Assembly: GCA_016194705.1 (NCBI GenBank)
Contig: JACQAZ010000046.1
Coordinates: 2,372-66,371, forward strand
DNA: 64,000 nucleotides
Origin: Elusimicrobiota bacterium
GTDB lineage: Bacteria > Elusimicrobiota > Elusimicrobia > UBA1565 > UBA9628
Reading direction: 5' to 3'
Shown: piece by piece, positions 18,788-28,803 of the stretch
Layout of the letters: every line of letters starts with the position of its first letter
How positions within the stretch are numbered: the first letter of the stretch is position 1
Made by a program: the position numbers and the translations under genes
The notes under the pieces: generated by a model
The model's input: the letters and a program-made list of their open reading frames with translations, nothing else
Told to the model about the DNA's origin: nothing
The model's database searches: none

Positions 18788-19726
18788 TCAGGAAGACTTC
18801 GGCTTCTCCTCGGGTTTCTCTGTGCGGAGCTTGTCCTTCTCGCCGATGGTGTACGGGGCGAGCAGCTCGGCTTCGAGCTCGCCGCGCAGCCCGAGATGGA
18901 CCTCGAGCTTGCGCGGCTTGTCGCCGCCGTCGTCGAGATACACGAAAGTCTTGCCGGCGTCCTCGAACACGGTCGAGAGCGGGATCTTCATGACCTTCTC
19001 CTTCTTCTGGAGCGTCGCGTCGACCCGAGCGGTCATCCCGGGGCGCAGCCGGGCGTCGCCCTGGCCGATCTCCACCTCGATGGTGAACACCTTCAAGCCG
19101 TTCTGGTTTTTCTCGGCCTGAGGCGCGATGAGGCTGACCTTGCCCGAGAAGGTCTTGTCGGTCAGAGCGTCGACGGTGACCGAGACGGGCAGTCCCGGGG
19201 AGAGCTTGAGCACGTCCATCTCGCTGATGTGCATCTTGATGATCATGCGCGAAAGGTCCGCCACCGTCATCAGGTAAGTCGGGGTCTGCGAATCGATGAG
19301 GCCCGTGACGTAGTCCCCGATCCTGACGAATTTTCCGATCTGATTGTCGCCCGTCTCGGGCACGTAGCGCATGACCGTCCCCGAGAGCGGCGCGGTCAAC
19401 GTCGAAGGGACGTAGTGCTCCGACTCCGTGCGCCCGGGCTGGATCACGGCCAGGGCCTGGCCTTTCGCCACCGAAGCCCCTTCGGCGACCCTGAGCTCGA
19501 TGACCCGGCCGCTGACTTTGGAGGCGACGTCGACGAAGGTCTTGGCCGCCACGTCGCCGCTGTCCTTGAAATGCACTTCCAGGTCCCCCTTCGAGGGCGA
19601 CTCCACGGGAGGAGGCTCGGTGTGCTTCTTCTTGTAGTACTTGTAGCCCGAAACCGACAGGGCCACGAACAGGACGCACGCGCCTGCGATCACGGCCTTG
19701 GTGTGCTTGTGCCAGATGTGCTTCAT
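18788..19726 (-). CDS. Efflux periplasmic adaptor (MacA/HlyD-like)
   Basis: N-terminal TM, VASKVSGRVIELRVAEG lipoyl-like half, LTAPLSGTV and LRPGMTA. ATG 19726 overlaps the TolC stop; alternative ATG 19735. Confidence 0.9.
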   Translation of the reverse strand: MKHIWHKHTKAVIAGACVLFVALSVSGYKYYKKKHTEPPPVESPSKGDLEVHFKDSGDVAAKTFVDVASKVSGRVIELRVAEGASVAKGQALAVIQPGRTESEHYVPSTLTAPLSGTVMRYVPETGDNQIGKFVRIGDYVTGLIDSQTPTYLMTVADLSRMIIKMHISEMDVLKLSPGLPVSVTVDALTDKTFSGKVSLIAPQAEKNQNGLKVFTIEVEIGQGDARLRPGMTARVDATLQKKEKVMKIPLSTVFEDAGKTFVYLDDGGDKPRKLEVHLGLRGELEAELLAPYTIGEKDKLRTEKPEEKPKSS

Positions 19727-21024
19727 CGCTCCCATAACGGCTCTCCCGTGGCTTGGCGGAACTGCAGCCAGCGCAGCTGAGTGTCGTGCAGCAAGGTCAG
19801 GCGCTCGGTCTGCGCCTGCAGGTAGTCCGCGCGGGCCTGGGCGAGGCGGATGACGTCGGCGCTGCCCTGCCGGTACTGCTCGAGGACGATGTCGAGGTTG
19901 CTCTTGGCGATGCGCTCGCGCTGGAGCCCCACCTCATATGACATGAGGGTCTGATCGAGGTCGATGCGCGTGAAGTAGACGTTCTCCCGCACGGTGCGCA
20001 GCAGCGCCGCACGCTCGAAAGCGGCTTGACGCGCCGCCGCCCGGGCAGCGATGTACGCCTCGGCCTGGGTCGCCACCGTGTAGCCGACCGGCAGGGACAG
20101 GTTGAGCCCGAAGGCGTAGAAAGGCCGGGACGGAGCCGAGGGCAGGCCGGTGTTGCCGAAAGTGGCGCTGCGGGACTCGTTCCAGCTGAAAGCCGCGCTG
20201 AGCTTCGGAAGGAAATTCTGCGCGCTGCCCTGGACCGAGAGCTCGCTGCTCCTCAGATCCGCCGCGCTCCGGCGCAGCTCGGGGCGCAAAACGGCGGCCT
20301 TGCCCAACGCCTCGTCGACGTTCATGAAGCGCGTGGGTCCTTGGGTCAGCTCCGGCAGCTCGGCCGAGGAATCGACGCCGCGGCCGATCAGCAGGTTGAA
20401 ATGGTAGAGGGCCTTGCGGCGCTCGCTCTCGGCGCCGAACGCGCGCAGTTCGCTCGAACGCCAGTCGGTCTCGCTTTTCAGGAGGTCGCTTTGGCTCTTC
20501 ATCCCGTGGCGGTACAGGTCCAAGGTCAGGTCGTACTGCGACTTCTGAGCCTCGAGATCGACGTCGGCGACCTCCTTGAGCTTCTGCTTGAGGAACAACT
20601 CGAGATAGGTGGTCAAGGCCTCGAGCGAGCGGGTCTGGCGCGTCTGGTCGAGTACCGCCAAAGCGGCGTCGCGGGCCAGCCTTTTCTGAACGATGGCGCG
20701 CGTGTCGTAGAAGCTGTTGAAGACGTTCCAGGTCGCCCCAAAAGAATAGGTCGTGTCGACGGCGTTGAGGCGCCAGGGGTTCCAGGTATTGCCGTTGGAC
20801 GGGTTGTTGCCCCACGGGGTGGCGCTGGCCGAGGCGTTGAAGGCCGGCAGCCAGGCTTCGGCGATGGCTTGGCGCAACGAAGCCTCCGCGGCCTTGTAGG
20901 ACTGCTTGGAGGAGCCGACCTCCGGGGCCGCATCGAGGACGCGGTTGAGGTAAGTGTCCGCGGTAAAGTCCTCGGCCGAAGCGGCGGCCGGCAGGCAGAG
21001 AAGAACGGCGAGAAGGATTCTCAT
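19723..21024 (-). CDS. TolC-family outer membrane protein
   Basis: Signal peptide, helical OEP repeats, NFLPKLSAAFS and YRQGSADVIRLAQAR. It is the first gene of the adaptor/ABC operon. Confidence 0.88.
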   Translation of the reverse strand: MRILLAVLLCLPAAASAEDFTADTYLNRVLDAAPEVGSSKQSYKAAEASLRQAIAEAWLPAFNASASATPWGNNPSNGNTWNPWRLNAVDTTYSFGATWNVFNSFYDTRAIVQKRLARDAALAVLDQTRQTRSLEALTTYLELFLKQKLKEVADVDLEAQKSQYDLTLDLYRHGMKSQSDLLKSETDWRSSELRAFGAESERRKALYHFNLLIGRGVDSSAELPELTQGPTRFMNVDEALGKAAVLRPELRRSAADLRSSELSVQGSAQNFLPKLSAAFSWNESRSATFGNTGLPSAPSRPFYAFGLNLSLPVGYTVATQAEAYIAARAAARQAAFERAALLRTVRENVYFTRIDLDQTLMSYEVGLQRERIAKSNLDIVLEQYRQGSADVIRLAQARADYLQAQTERLTLLHDTQLRWLQFRQATGEPLWER

Positions 21025-21152
21025 CGTGGCGCCCGGGAGCCTGAGCGCTGCGCCCAGACTCCCGGGCTCAAGACTCTCCAGATGGAGAGGATTTTACCAA
21101 ATTCCCTTCGGCCCTACTTGTGTTCCGGCCGCGGATGAAGCTTTTCGTACGA

Positions 21153-22265
21153 CTAAGGCCCGCGCTCGCTCTCGTGCTGTTGCTTCTCGAGGTGCTCCGC
21201 CTGACGGCGCAGCTCCTCCGGCATGGTGTCGCGCACGGTGTCCTGAAGAAGCTCAGGCTCGGAGACCTTCAGGCCCCAGAGCACGAAAATGCTGATCATG
21301 CCGGGCACCGCGTAGTAGGCGACCCGGTAGAGCAGCACGGCTACGAAGGCCTTCTCCCAGTCGATGCCTAGGCTCTGGAAGATCGCCGCCATCGAGCCTT
21401 CAACCACGCCCAGACCGCCGGGCAAGAACGGGATCAAGGTCGCGGCCATCCCCGCCGTGAACCCGGCGCTTAGCGAGCCGATCGAGAGGCCCACGCCGAC
21501 CGCCCGGAAGGCGAAGAGCAGGGTCGCCATGCACAGCAGCCAGTCGAGCGCGGTGTAGCCGACCGTCCGGGCCAGACCATGGGTGCCCTGGCGCACGCGC
21601 TCGAGCCCCTCGGCGAGCTGCTCCTCGAACTCATCGAACTCCTCACGGGGGATCTCGGACTTCGAGAAGGCGAAGACCCCGCGGTTGGCCCAATGGAAGG
21701 CCTGGCGCGCCATGCGCGAGCGCAGCTCATGATTGAAGAAGAAGACCAGTCCCGGCACCGTCAAGACCAGCAGGAAGACCAACCCAACGACGCTCTCCAT
21801 GATCGCGATCTTGGTCGCTTGCGGGTGGAGGAACAGGTACACCAGGCCCTGCCCGATGATGACGGCGAGCACGATGTACAGGATCGCGGAGCTCAGGACC
21901 GAGGCGGTCAAGGTGATGCCGTAGGGAACGTGCCTCTTGCGCAGCAGATGCGCCTTGAGGGCGAAGCCGCTGACCCCCGCGCTGGAGACGAAATAGTTGG
22001 CCGTCGCGGAAACCAAGGCGATGCCCAGCATCTCAGGGAAGGACAGGGCGTAGCCCAGGATCGCAAGAACCTCCTCGAGTGCCAGCGCGATCATCACGTA
22101 GCTCGACAGCGAGCAGGCCAGGGCCACCCAAATCCAGCCCCACTCGATGTCTTGGCCGACGCGCAGGATGGCATGGAGATTCTTGAAGATCAAGCCCGTC
22201 AAGATCGCTCCTGAGACCAGTATGCCCGCCCCGACGACCAGCTTCTTGTGCGCGTCCCTTCTCAC
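21153..22265 (-). CDS. Lysylphosphatidylglycerol synthase TM-domain (flippase-like) membrane protein
   Basis: ANYFVSSAGVSG, ATLIPFLPGGLGVVEGSM and AVLLYRVAYY. GTG start overlaps the upstream stop. Confidence 0.85.
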   Translation of the reverse strand: MRRDAHKKLVVGAGILVSGAILTGLIFKNLHAILRVGQDIEWGWIWVALACSLSSYVMIALALEEVLAILGYALSFPEMLGIALVSATANYFVSSAGVSGFALKAHLLRKRHVPYGITLTASVLSSAILYIVLAVIIGQGLVYLFLHPQATKIAIMESVVGLVFLLVLTVPGLVFFFNHELRSRMARQAFHWANRGVFAFSKSEIPREEFDEFEEQLAEGLERVRQGTHGLARTVGYTALDWLLCMATLLFAFRAVGVGLSIGSLSAGFTAGMAATLIPFLPGGLGVVEGSMAAIFQSLGIDWEKAFVAVLLYRVAYYAVPGMISIFVLWGLKVSEPELLQDTVRDTMPEELRRQAEHLEKQQHESERGP

Positions 22266-23233
22266 GGTGTGGGGGGCGGCGCGGGAGTCCCGGGCGCGGT
22301 GGCCGTGGAGGGCTGCAGCAATTGATAGACGGCGGTGAGGCTCTCCTGCGAAGCGCCGCCATGCAGCAGGGCCAGCGCCCTCTGGGCCTTCTCCGGATCC
22401 AAGGGGTGATCCATGAAGGTCTGGTACTGCGCCTCGAGCAGGGGCAGCGCGTCGCGTATCTTGAGAGCGGTTAGGGCCGCCATCCAGCAGGCCAGCGCAA
22501 GTCCCGCCGCCGCCAAGCCCAAGGGAAGGTTGAGCTGCCAGGCGGGAGGAGGCGGCCGGGGCGCAAGACGCCGCAGACTGTCGTAGAGAGAGACGGCGTA
22601 GACCATGGCGAATGGGGCGGCCGCTCCGGAGAGCAGCCAGCCGATCCAAGGGATCAGCCCCGGGAGCGCGGCGGCCAGGCCGGCGAGAAACAGCCTCAAG
22701 GCGACCGGAGCCCAGCGCCCCGAGACGAGCTCCATGCTGCGCGTCAGCGCCGCCATCCCGGCCGAATCCTCCGCGACGGCGGCGACGGGAGCGAAGACCA
22801 AAGCCACGCCGAGAAAGACGCCCGGCAGGACGAAGAAGAAGACTCCTCCGGTCAGCGCGAGGAAGAAGAGGATGCAGACCCAGGAGAAGCCCGCGACCTT
22901 GGGCCACGAGGCGCGGTAGCATTCTCTCCAATTCGGCTTGCGTTGAGGGTCGAGGACCGCCTCGATCATCGCGATCTGCACCCAGCTCGTGCCCCACAGG
23001 CCCGCGGAGAGGGAGACCAAGGACGTCAAGGTCCAGAGAGCAAGGGCCGGGACGGTCCCGCGCAGGAGGAGCGCCAGGGGGTAAGGGATGAACACGCTCA
23101 GCATGCAGCCGGCGGCCCCGATCCCGCCGACCGACATCAGAAGCCAGAACCGCTCCGCGAAGAGGCGCCAGGCGGCCGAGAAGCCCGCAGCGACTTCGGG
23201 GACCTCCGCGGCCGCGTCAATTTCGCCGTTCAT
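22262..23233 (-). CDS. Hypothetical multi-pass membrane protein
   Basis: 323 aa with about six TM segments (FVLPGVFLGVALVFAP..ALTRSMELVSGRW). Coupled to both neighbours. Confidence 0.7.
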   Translation of the reverse strand: MNGEIDAAAEVPEVAAGFSAAWRLFAERFWLLMSVGGIGAAGCMLSVFIPYPLALLLRGTVPALALWTLTSLVSLSAGLWGTSWVQIAMIEAVLDPQRKPNWRECYRASWPKVAGFSWVCILFFLALTGGVFFFVLPGVFLGVALVFAPVAAVAEDSAGMAALTRSMELVSGRWAPVALRLFLAGLAAALPGLIPWIGWLLSGAAAPFAMVYAVSLYDSLRRLAPRPPPPAWQLNLPLGLAAAGLALACWMAALTALKIRDALPLLEAQYQTFMDHPLDPEKAQRALALLHGGASQESLTAVYQLLQPSTATAPGTPAPPPTP

Positions 23234-25806
23234 CGTTCGCTTCCTATTATAACTTTCTTGGCCGAGGGAGACCGCCCCGACAGCCGGATGGTCAGGCGCC
23301 GAGCCTCCTCGGCCGCCTTCTTGTTCTTCTTGAAGTCCTCGATCCAGTAGAGGGCCAGCGCGGCTTTCGGATCGCGCGGGTACCGGCGCATCCAATCGGA
23401 GACCAGCCGCCTCAAGACCCTCTCTTCGAAGACGCTGTGAGGGAAGGCGATCCTGTCCATGAACTCGCGGCGCTCCATTGGCCTGCCCCGCGCCTTGAGG
23501 TAGCCGGCCAGCATCAGCGAGCCGGCGCTCGCGGCGTCCGCGCGGTCGTCGTGATCGTTGACGACGCGCACTCGGTCGGCCCGGAAGAAGGACTTCGGGG
23601 CCCCGTACTCGAGCAGCGGGCGGCGGTCCTCGTTGAGGGGTCCGGTCCCGGCCATCTCGCGAACGCTTGCCTCGGAAGCCGACTGCATCCCGAGGAAGGT
23701 GCTCAAGGCCGAGAGGCCCGTGCGGCGCAGATCGTTCCAGACCGCCGGGGCGATGAAGGCCTTCTCCATCAGCGCGAAGTCGGGGGCGACGGGCTCGGCG
23801 GAGCCGACGAGCAGCACGTCGGCGTCGACGACGTTCCACAGGGTCACGTGGGGGAAGACGGAGAGGTAGGTGCGCAGGGCGATCCTGAACAGGTCGTCGT
23901 CCATCTCATAGACGTGGAACCACTGCACCATGAGGCCCCCGGGCGCGAGCCTGGCGCGGGCGCTGCGGTAGAACTCGGCCGTGAATAGGTTTCCGACTCC
24001 GGCCATCCAGGGATTTGAGGGCTCGCTGACGATCACGTCGTATGGCGAGCCCGGTCGGCGCAGGAAGGTCTTGGCGTCCTCGATGCGCAACCCCGTCCTG
24101 CGGTCGTCGAGGGCGCCGTTGTTCTCGGCGCGGAAGTGGCGCGAGGCGGGCACGACCGCCGGGATCAACTCGACGGCGTCGAGCCGCTCGATGGGATGGC
24201 GCAGAAGAGAGCCCGCGGTGATCCCGCTGCCCCAGCCGACGACCAGGACGCGGCGGGCCCTCGGATTGAGCAGCATCGGAAGCTCGCCGACGTAGATCTG
24301 CGTGCGCATGTCTTCCCCGTTGGAGGCGTCGCTCTTGCCGTTGACCTTGAGCACGGTCTCCACGTCCGGGAAGTTGAGAACCGAGACCGTCGCCTCGCGG
24401 TCGTCGCGGTAGAACGGCATGGTGACTCCGTCGAAATGCGCCCGGAACTCGTCGAACCGTCGCGGCGGCCTGATGATGCGGCTGCGAAACAGGCCTTGCG
24501 ACATGAGCCGCAGGTCCCACAGGGGCATCCATGCTCGGTAAGCGAAGACGGCCGCGGCCATCACAGAGGCCGCGGCCCACTTGCGGCGGGCGGACCACGG
24601 GAGCACGAGCCAGAGCACCGCCGCCCCGACGGCCAAATGGACCGTCGTCCCCGACCTGATGAGGCCCTGCAGCCCGAGCCACGGCATCCACCAATAGCCG
24701 AAGAAGGCGCCCAGCACGTTGCCCGCCGTATTGGCGGCGAAGACCGCTCCGACGCCGCCGCCGAAGCCCCCGCGGCTGGGACCGATCAGGCGGACGGCCA
24801 AGGGCAGGCTCGCGCCGAGGCATATCGTGGGCACGAGCATGAGCGCGAAGCAGAAGGCGAACTTTCCCGCTTCGAAGGCATAGAACGCCGCGCCGCCGTG
24901 CGAGAACAGCGAGCGCAGATGCATGAAGCAGAAGGTCAGGCGCCCGTACGCGGGCAAAGTCGCCAGAACCGAGATCCCGGCTCCGAGCTCCGCCAATCCC
25001 AGCAGCAGGGCCGGTTGACAGCGGCGCGCGCGCGCCGTCGAGACGAGCCAGCTTCCGAGCGAGACGCCCGCGATGAAACCGGCGAGCATCTCGCAGAACG
25101 AGTACGCCGAGGAGCCCATGACCAGAGCCAGCAGGCGGGTCCAGGCGATCTCGTAAGTCAGCGCCACGAAGCCGGACAGGAACACGGCCGCGTAGACCAC
25201 GGCCGGCGTCAGGGTCTCGTCGCGACCCTCGCGCGGGACCGGCGCCGCAGGCGCCTGAACTGAGCGCGCCAGGACAAGCGCACCGAAGCCGACCGCCGCG
25301 TTGACGAGCGCCCCCGCGAAGAACGCCCCGTCGAGGCCCAGGCCCGGGATCAGGCAGAAGGCGCAGAGCAGGCTGCCAGCGACCGCGCCGGCGGAATTGG
25401 CGTAGTAGAGACGCCCGACGGTCGACTGCGTCTCGCCGCCCGCGGCGCGGCAGAGCGCGGGCAGCGTGCCTCCCATCAAGAAGGCGGGGGCCGCGGCGCA
25501 GGCGGCCGCGAGCCAGCGCAGCGGGCCGAAATCCAAGGCCCTCAGCAACAGGGGTGCTGCGGCCGCCAAGCCGGCGACGCCGAACTCGAGGCGGGCGTAG
25601 TATCTCCAAGGCTCGGCAGACCGGTCCGCGCGCCCGCCGAAGAAGGCGTTGCCGGCCGCGAGGCCGCCGAGGAAAGCCGCCAAGACGACAGTCTGCGCGA
25701 GGGCGGTACCGCCGATCAGGACGGCCAACTGCTTGGCCCAGATCACCTCGTAGACCAGGCCCGCGGCTCCCGAGAGAAACGACAGGCCCAGGATCGCCGG
25801 CGGCAT
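23230..25806 (-). CDS. Fused membrane / spermidine synthase-like SAM-dependent methyltransferase
   Basis: N-terminal TM repeats (SGAAGLVYEVIW, LYYANSAGAVAGS, FAANTAGNVLG), then LKVNGKSDAS, VLVVGWGSGIT, AVELIP, EDAKTFL and YDVIVSEPSNPW. Confidence 0.88.
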   Translation of the reverse strand: MPPAILGLSFLSGAAGLVYEVIWAKQLAVLIGGTALAQTVVLAAFLGGLAAGNAFFGGRADRSAEPWRYYARLEFGVAGLAAAAPLLLRALDFGPLRWLAAACAAAPAFLMGGTLPALCRAAGGETQSTVGRLYYANSAGAVAGSLLCAFCLIPGLGLDGAFFAGALVNAAVGFGALVLARSVQAPAAPVPREGRDETLTPAVVYAAVFLSGFVALTYEIAWTRLLALVMGSSAYSFCEMLAGFIAGVSLGSWLVSTARARRCQPALLLGLAELGAGISVLATLPAYGRLTFCFMHLRSLFSHGGAAFYAFEAGKFAFCFALMLVPTICLGASLPLAVRLIGPSRGGFGGGVGAVFAANTAGNVLGAFFGYWWMPWLGLQGLIRSGTTVHLAVGAAVLWLVLPWSARRKWAAASVMAAAVFAYRAWMPLWDLRLMSQGLFRSRIIRPPRRFDEFRAHFDGVTMPFYRDDREATVSVLNFPDVETVLKVNGKSDASNGEDMRTQIYVGELPMLLNPRARRVLVVGWGSGITAGSLLRHPIERLDAVELIPAVVPASRHFRAENNGALDDRRTGLRIEDAKTFLRRPGSPYDVIVSEPSNPWMAGVGNLFTAEFYRSARARLAPGGLMVQWFHVYEMDDDLFRIALRTYLSVFPHVTLWNVVDADVLLVGSAEPVAPDFALMEKAFIAPAVWNDLRRTGLSALSTFLGMQSASEASVREMAGTGPLNEDRRPLLEYGAPKSFFRADRVRVVNDHDDRADAASAGSLMLAGYLKARGRPMERREFMDRIAFPHSVFEERVLRRLVSDWMRRYPRDPKAALALYWIEDFKKNKKAAEEARRLTIRLSGRSPSAKKVIIGSER

Positions 25807-25874
25807 CCCAAAACAGTAGCAAGGTATTGACGAAGCGCGCAATTCCTGTTACAACCTAGAGGCTCGCCCCCCTG

Positions 25875-27104
25875 ATGAAGAAAGTCATCATCGTTGACGA
25901 CGACGCCGACATGCTCGACCTCATGTCGGAGATCCTTAAGCCCAACTACGATGTCCGAACGGCCTGCGACGGTGCGGCGGGGCTCGAGGTCATCCGAAAG
26001 GAGCGCCCCGACCTCGTGGTCCTGGACCTCCTGATGCCGCGCATGCACGGCTTCGAGGTCTGCAAGAAGATGCGCGAGGATGATTCGCTCAAAGGAACGA
26101 AAGTCCTCATCAGCTCCTCGAAATCCTACGTCCACGACATCAAGACCGCGCAGAGCGCGGGCGCGGACGCCTACATCGTCAAGCCTTTCGACCTGGCGGC
26201 CTTCGTCAAGCAGGTCGACGAGATGCTCGGCGGCGCCAAGCCAAAGCTCGCGCTGACCTTTTGGGGCACGCGCGGCTCCATCCCCGCGCCCGGCCCCGCG
26301 ACCCAGCGCTATGGCGGCAACACGCCCTGCACGACGATGCGGCTCGGCTCGGACCTCATCATAATCGACGCGGGCACGGGACTGCGGGAACTCGGCAACG
26401 CGCTCATGAAGGAGTTCCAGCAGAACCCCCTCAAGGCGCACCTCTTCATCGGCCACACGCACTGGGACCACATCCAGGGCTTCCCCTTCTTCACGCCGGC
26501 CTACCTGCCCCAAAACAAGCTCCAGATCTACGGCGTGCACGGCACGACCCAGAGCTTCGAGGAGGTGCTCAAAGGGCAGATGAACCCGACCTATTTTCCC
26601 GTCGCCATGCGCGAGATGGCCGCGCGCATGGACTGCGTCGAGCTCTCCGGCCCCCTGCGCCTGGGCGAGATCAAGGTGACCTATCATTACCTCAACCACC
26701 CCGGCATCACGGTGGGCTTCCGCTTCGAGACGCGCGACTGGACGGTGTGCTACGTCAGCGACCACGAACCCTACGGCAAGCTCAACAACATGGGCGGCTA
26801 CAGCGCCAAGGAGGACGAGGCCATCGCGCGCTTCGTCCACGGCGCCGACCTCCTGATCAGCGAGGCCCAATACACCGACGAGGAATACAAGTACAAGAAG
26901 ACCTGGGGCCACAGCACCTTCTCGGACGTGATCGGCCTGGCGGTCAAGGCCGAGGTCAAGAAGCTCGCGCTGTTCCACCACGACCCGCTGCATACCGACG
27001 AGATGATGGACCGCTACGTCGCGGAATGCAAAGACTGGGTCTCTCGAAACGGCCACTCCATCGATGTCTTCGGCGCGCAGGAAGGGATGACGCTCAACCT
27101 CTAG
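25875..27104 (+). CDS. Response-regulator receiver fused to MBL-fold metallo-hydrolase
   Basis: Receiver: IIVDDD, LVVLDLLMP and YIVKPF. MBL: FWGTRGSIP, YGGNTPC, IDAGTG, HTHWDHIQG, SDHE, WGHS and FHHDP. Confidence 0.92.
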   Translation: MKKVIIVDDDADMLDLMSEILKPNYDVRTACDGAAGLEVIRKERPDLVVLDLLMPRMHGFEVCKKMREDDSLKGTKVLISSSKSYVHDIKTAQSAGADAYIVKPFDLAAFVKQVDEMLGGAKPKLALTFWGTRGSIPAPGPATQRYGGNTPCTTMRLGSDLIIIDAGTGLRELGNALMKEFQQNPLKAHLFIGHTHWDHIQGFPFFTPAYLPQNKLQIYGVHGTTQSFEEVLKGQMNPTYFPVAMREMAARMDCVELSGPLRLGEIKVTYHYLNHPGITVGFRFETRDWTVCYVSDHEPYGKLNNMGGYSAKEDEAIARFVHGADLLISEAQYTDEEYKYKKTWGHSTFSDVIGLAVKAEVKKLALFHHDPLHTDEMMDRYVAECKDWVSRNGHSIDVFGAQEGMTLNL

Positions 27105-27126
27105 CCCCGGGGGCTACACTCAGACC

Positions 27127-27822
27127 ATGAACCCTACGGTCGCGCTGGCGTCACTGGCGCTCCTCATCACATCGTCCGGGCTGTCTCTCTCCGAGGCAGC
27201 CCCGGCGGAGCCGAAGGCGCTCCCGGCGAAACATTCGCTCATGGTAAGTCTTCTGGAACGAGAAGGCGCCAAGCTGGACTTCGAGGAGATGGACGAGGGG
27301 TTGCGCCGGGATCTCTTCAGAGTCACGGGAATCAACCGCCGCAAAACCCAGGAACTCCAACACAGGCTCGCGGGATTTCAGGCGCGAGGCGAACGCGTCT
27401 ATGAAGCGGTCGACAGCCACCCGCTCGGGCTGCTCGCGAGCAAGGAGCGATGCCGAAGGACTCCCTATCCGAGCGCCGCCGTCGAGCTGGCGGAACAGAA
27501 CGGCTTTTCCAGTCCCAGCCGATGCGGTCTGAGCATGTACGATGTCGCGGCCGACAGCATGGAACTGGTGTTCGGCCTCGACACCGACGACGAGAAGGCC
27601 AAGGCCTCGTTCGAAGACCGGCACCGAGCTCAGGTCTGGCGCCTGGCCGTCGCGTGCGAGAAAGCTCTGGACTCCGGCGCCGCGCAGGTCACCGAGCTCG
27701 CCGATGACGGCCTTGTCGTCACCTGCCGGAAGAAGAATCTGGCCCTCGAGCTGGCCTGGTACACGGCGTCGTCTTACCAACTTTACGCGCCGGAGCTCGG
27801 CCGCTCCGATCGGACCCCATGA
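27127..27822 (+). CDS. Hypothetical exported protein
   Basis: Signal-peptide-like N-terminus; TACACT -10 box 6 nt upstream; stop overlaps the next ATG. Confidence 0.65.
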   Translation: MNPTVALASLALLITSSGLSLSEAAPAEPKALPAKHSLMVSLLEREGAKLDFEEMDEGLRRDLFRVTGINRRKTQELQHRLAGFQARGERVYEAVDSHPLGLLASKERCRRTPYPSAAVELAEQNGFSSPSRCGLSMYDVAADSMELVFGLDTDDEKAKASFEDRHRAQVWRLAVACEKALDSGAAQVTELADDGLVVTCRKKNLALELAWYTASSYQLYAPELGRSDRTP

Positions 27823-28793
27823 GGGGCCGGGTCAACGCGGCGGCCCTGACCTTGCTCGGCATTGCCGCCGCGGCGATTATCCCGGGAGCAGCCGCAGCCA
27901 GGGCGCCCTCTCAGCCTTCGCCCGCCGATCGGGCCTTCTCGAAAGCCTGCGTCGAGTTCCTCGCGAGGAAAGGCTTGAGCAATCCCTCGGCCGCCGAGAC
28001 GGCGGTTTACCTCAATTCCGAGCCGGTGGACATGAGGATCGCCACGCCGCGCGAGCTCAATCGCTACTTCGGCAAGATCCTGGACTTCAATCACGTCAGA
28101 GGTTATGTGCCCACCAGCGGCGGCATGCTCTTCATCGTGGAGAATCGCGGCGTCGGCATCATCCTGCGGAGTCCTGCCGGAAAGCTCGTTTCTGGCAAGG
28201 AGCTCGAGACCGTGCTCGAGGTTCTGGCGTCGATCGTCATCCACGAGACGAGCCACGTCAGGTTTCGGCGGCACGTGGGGTTCCCCGTGATGGGCATTAT
28301 ACAGGACGAACTCTTGGCGCACTTGCGCGAAGCGCGATATCTCGACAAAGAGCTGGCGCTGACCCCCGAGATGGCCGAGCTAGTCGCGAAGATTCAGCCG
28401 CTGATCCAGGCGCTCAAGAACGGAGCGTCGATGGATTCCCCGGAAGTCGCCCGCATGCAATCCGAGGCCGCCGCGCTCAAGGATCGGGTAGGCGAGCCGG
28501 GCGGCACAATGGCGCTGATGGTCTCGGCCTACCGCAAGAGCCCCGCAGATCTCGCCGCGATCCTCGATCTGACTTACGCTCGCGGCTCTTACTGGAACAT
28601 CTACGCCCCTGCGGACGGGATGGTGGCAGGCTTCAAACGCGGAGTAAACATTGCCGCCGACGCCGAGCATCGAGGCGAACTAGCCAACCAAGTCGGCTTC
28701 TGGTCCACCCCTGGCTTAGTGGCCAGGGCCAGGGCCTATTTCGATCGCTGGCTCCCGGAGTACAAGAGCACGCAGTGGCCCACGAAGGAATGA
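27819..28793 (+). CDS. Hypothetical exported protein with HExxH motif (possible zinc metallopeptidase)
   Basis: Signal peptide; SIVIHETSHVR followed by QDE about 15 aa later. Confidence 0.6.
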   Translation: MRGRVNAAALTLLGIAAAAIIPGAAAARAPSQPSPADRAFSKACVEFLARKGLSNPSAAETAVYLNSEPVDMRIATPRELNRYFGKILDFNHVRGYVPTSGGMLFIVENRGVGIILRSPAGKLVSGKELETVLEVLASIVIHETSHVRFRRHVGFPVMGIIQDELLAHLREARYLDKELALTPEMAELVAKIQPLIQALKNGASMDSPEVARMQSEAAALKDRVGEPGGTMALMVSAYRKSPADLAAILDLTYARGSYWNIYAPADGMVAGFKRGVNIAADAEHRGELANQVGFWSTPGLVARARAYFDRWLPEYKSTQWPTKE

Positions 28794-28803
28794 CGTTGGG
28801 CCT

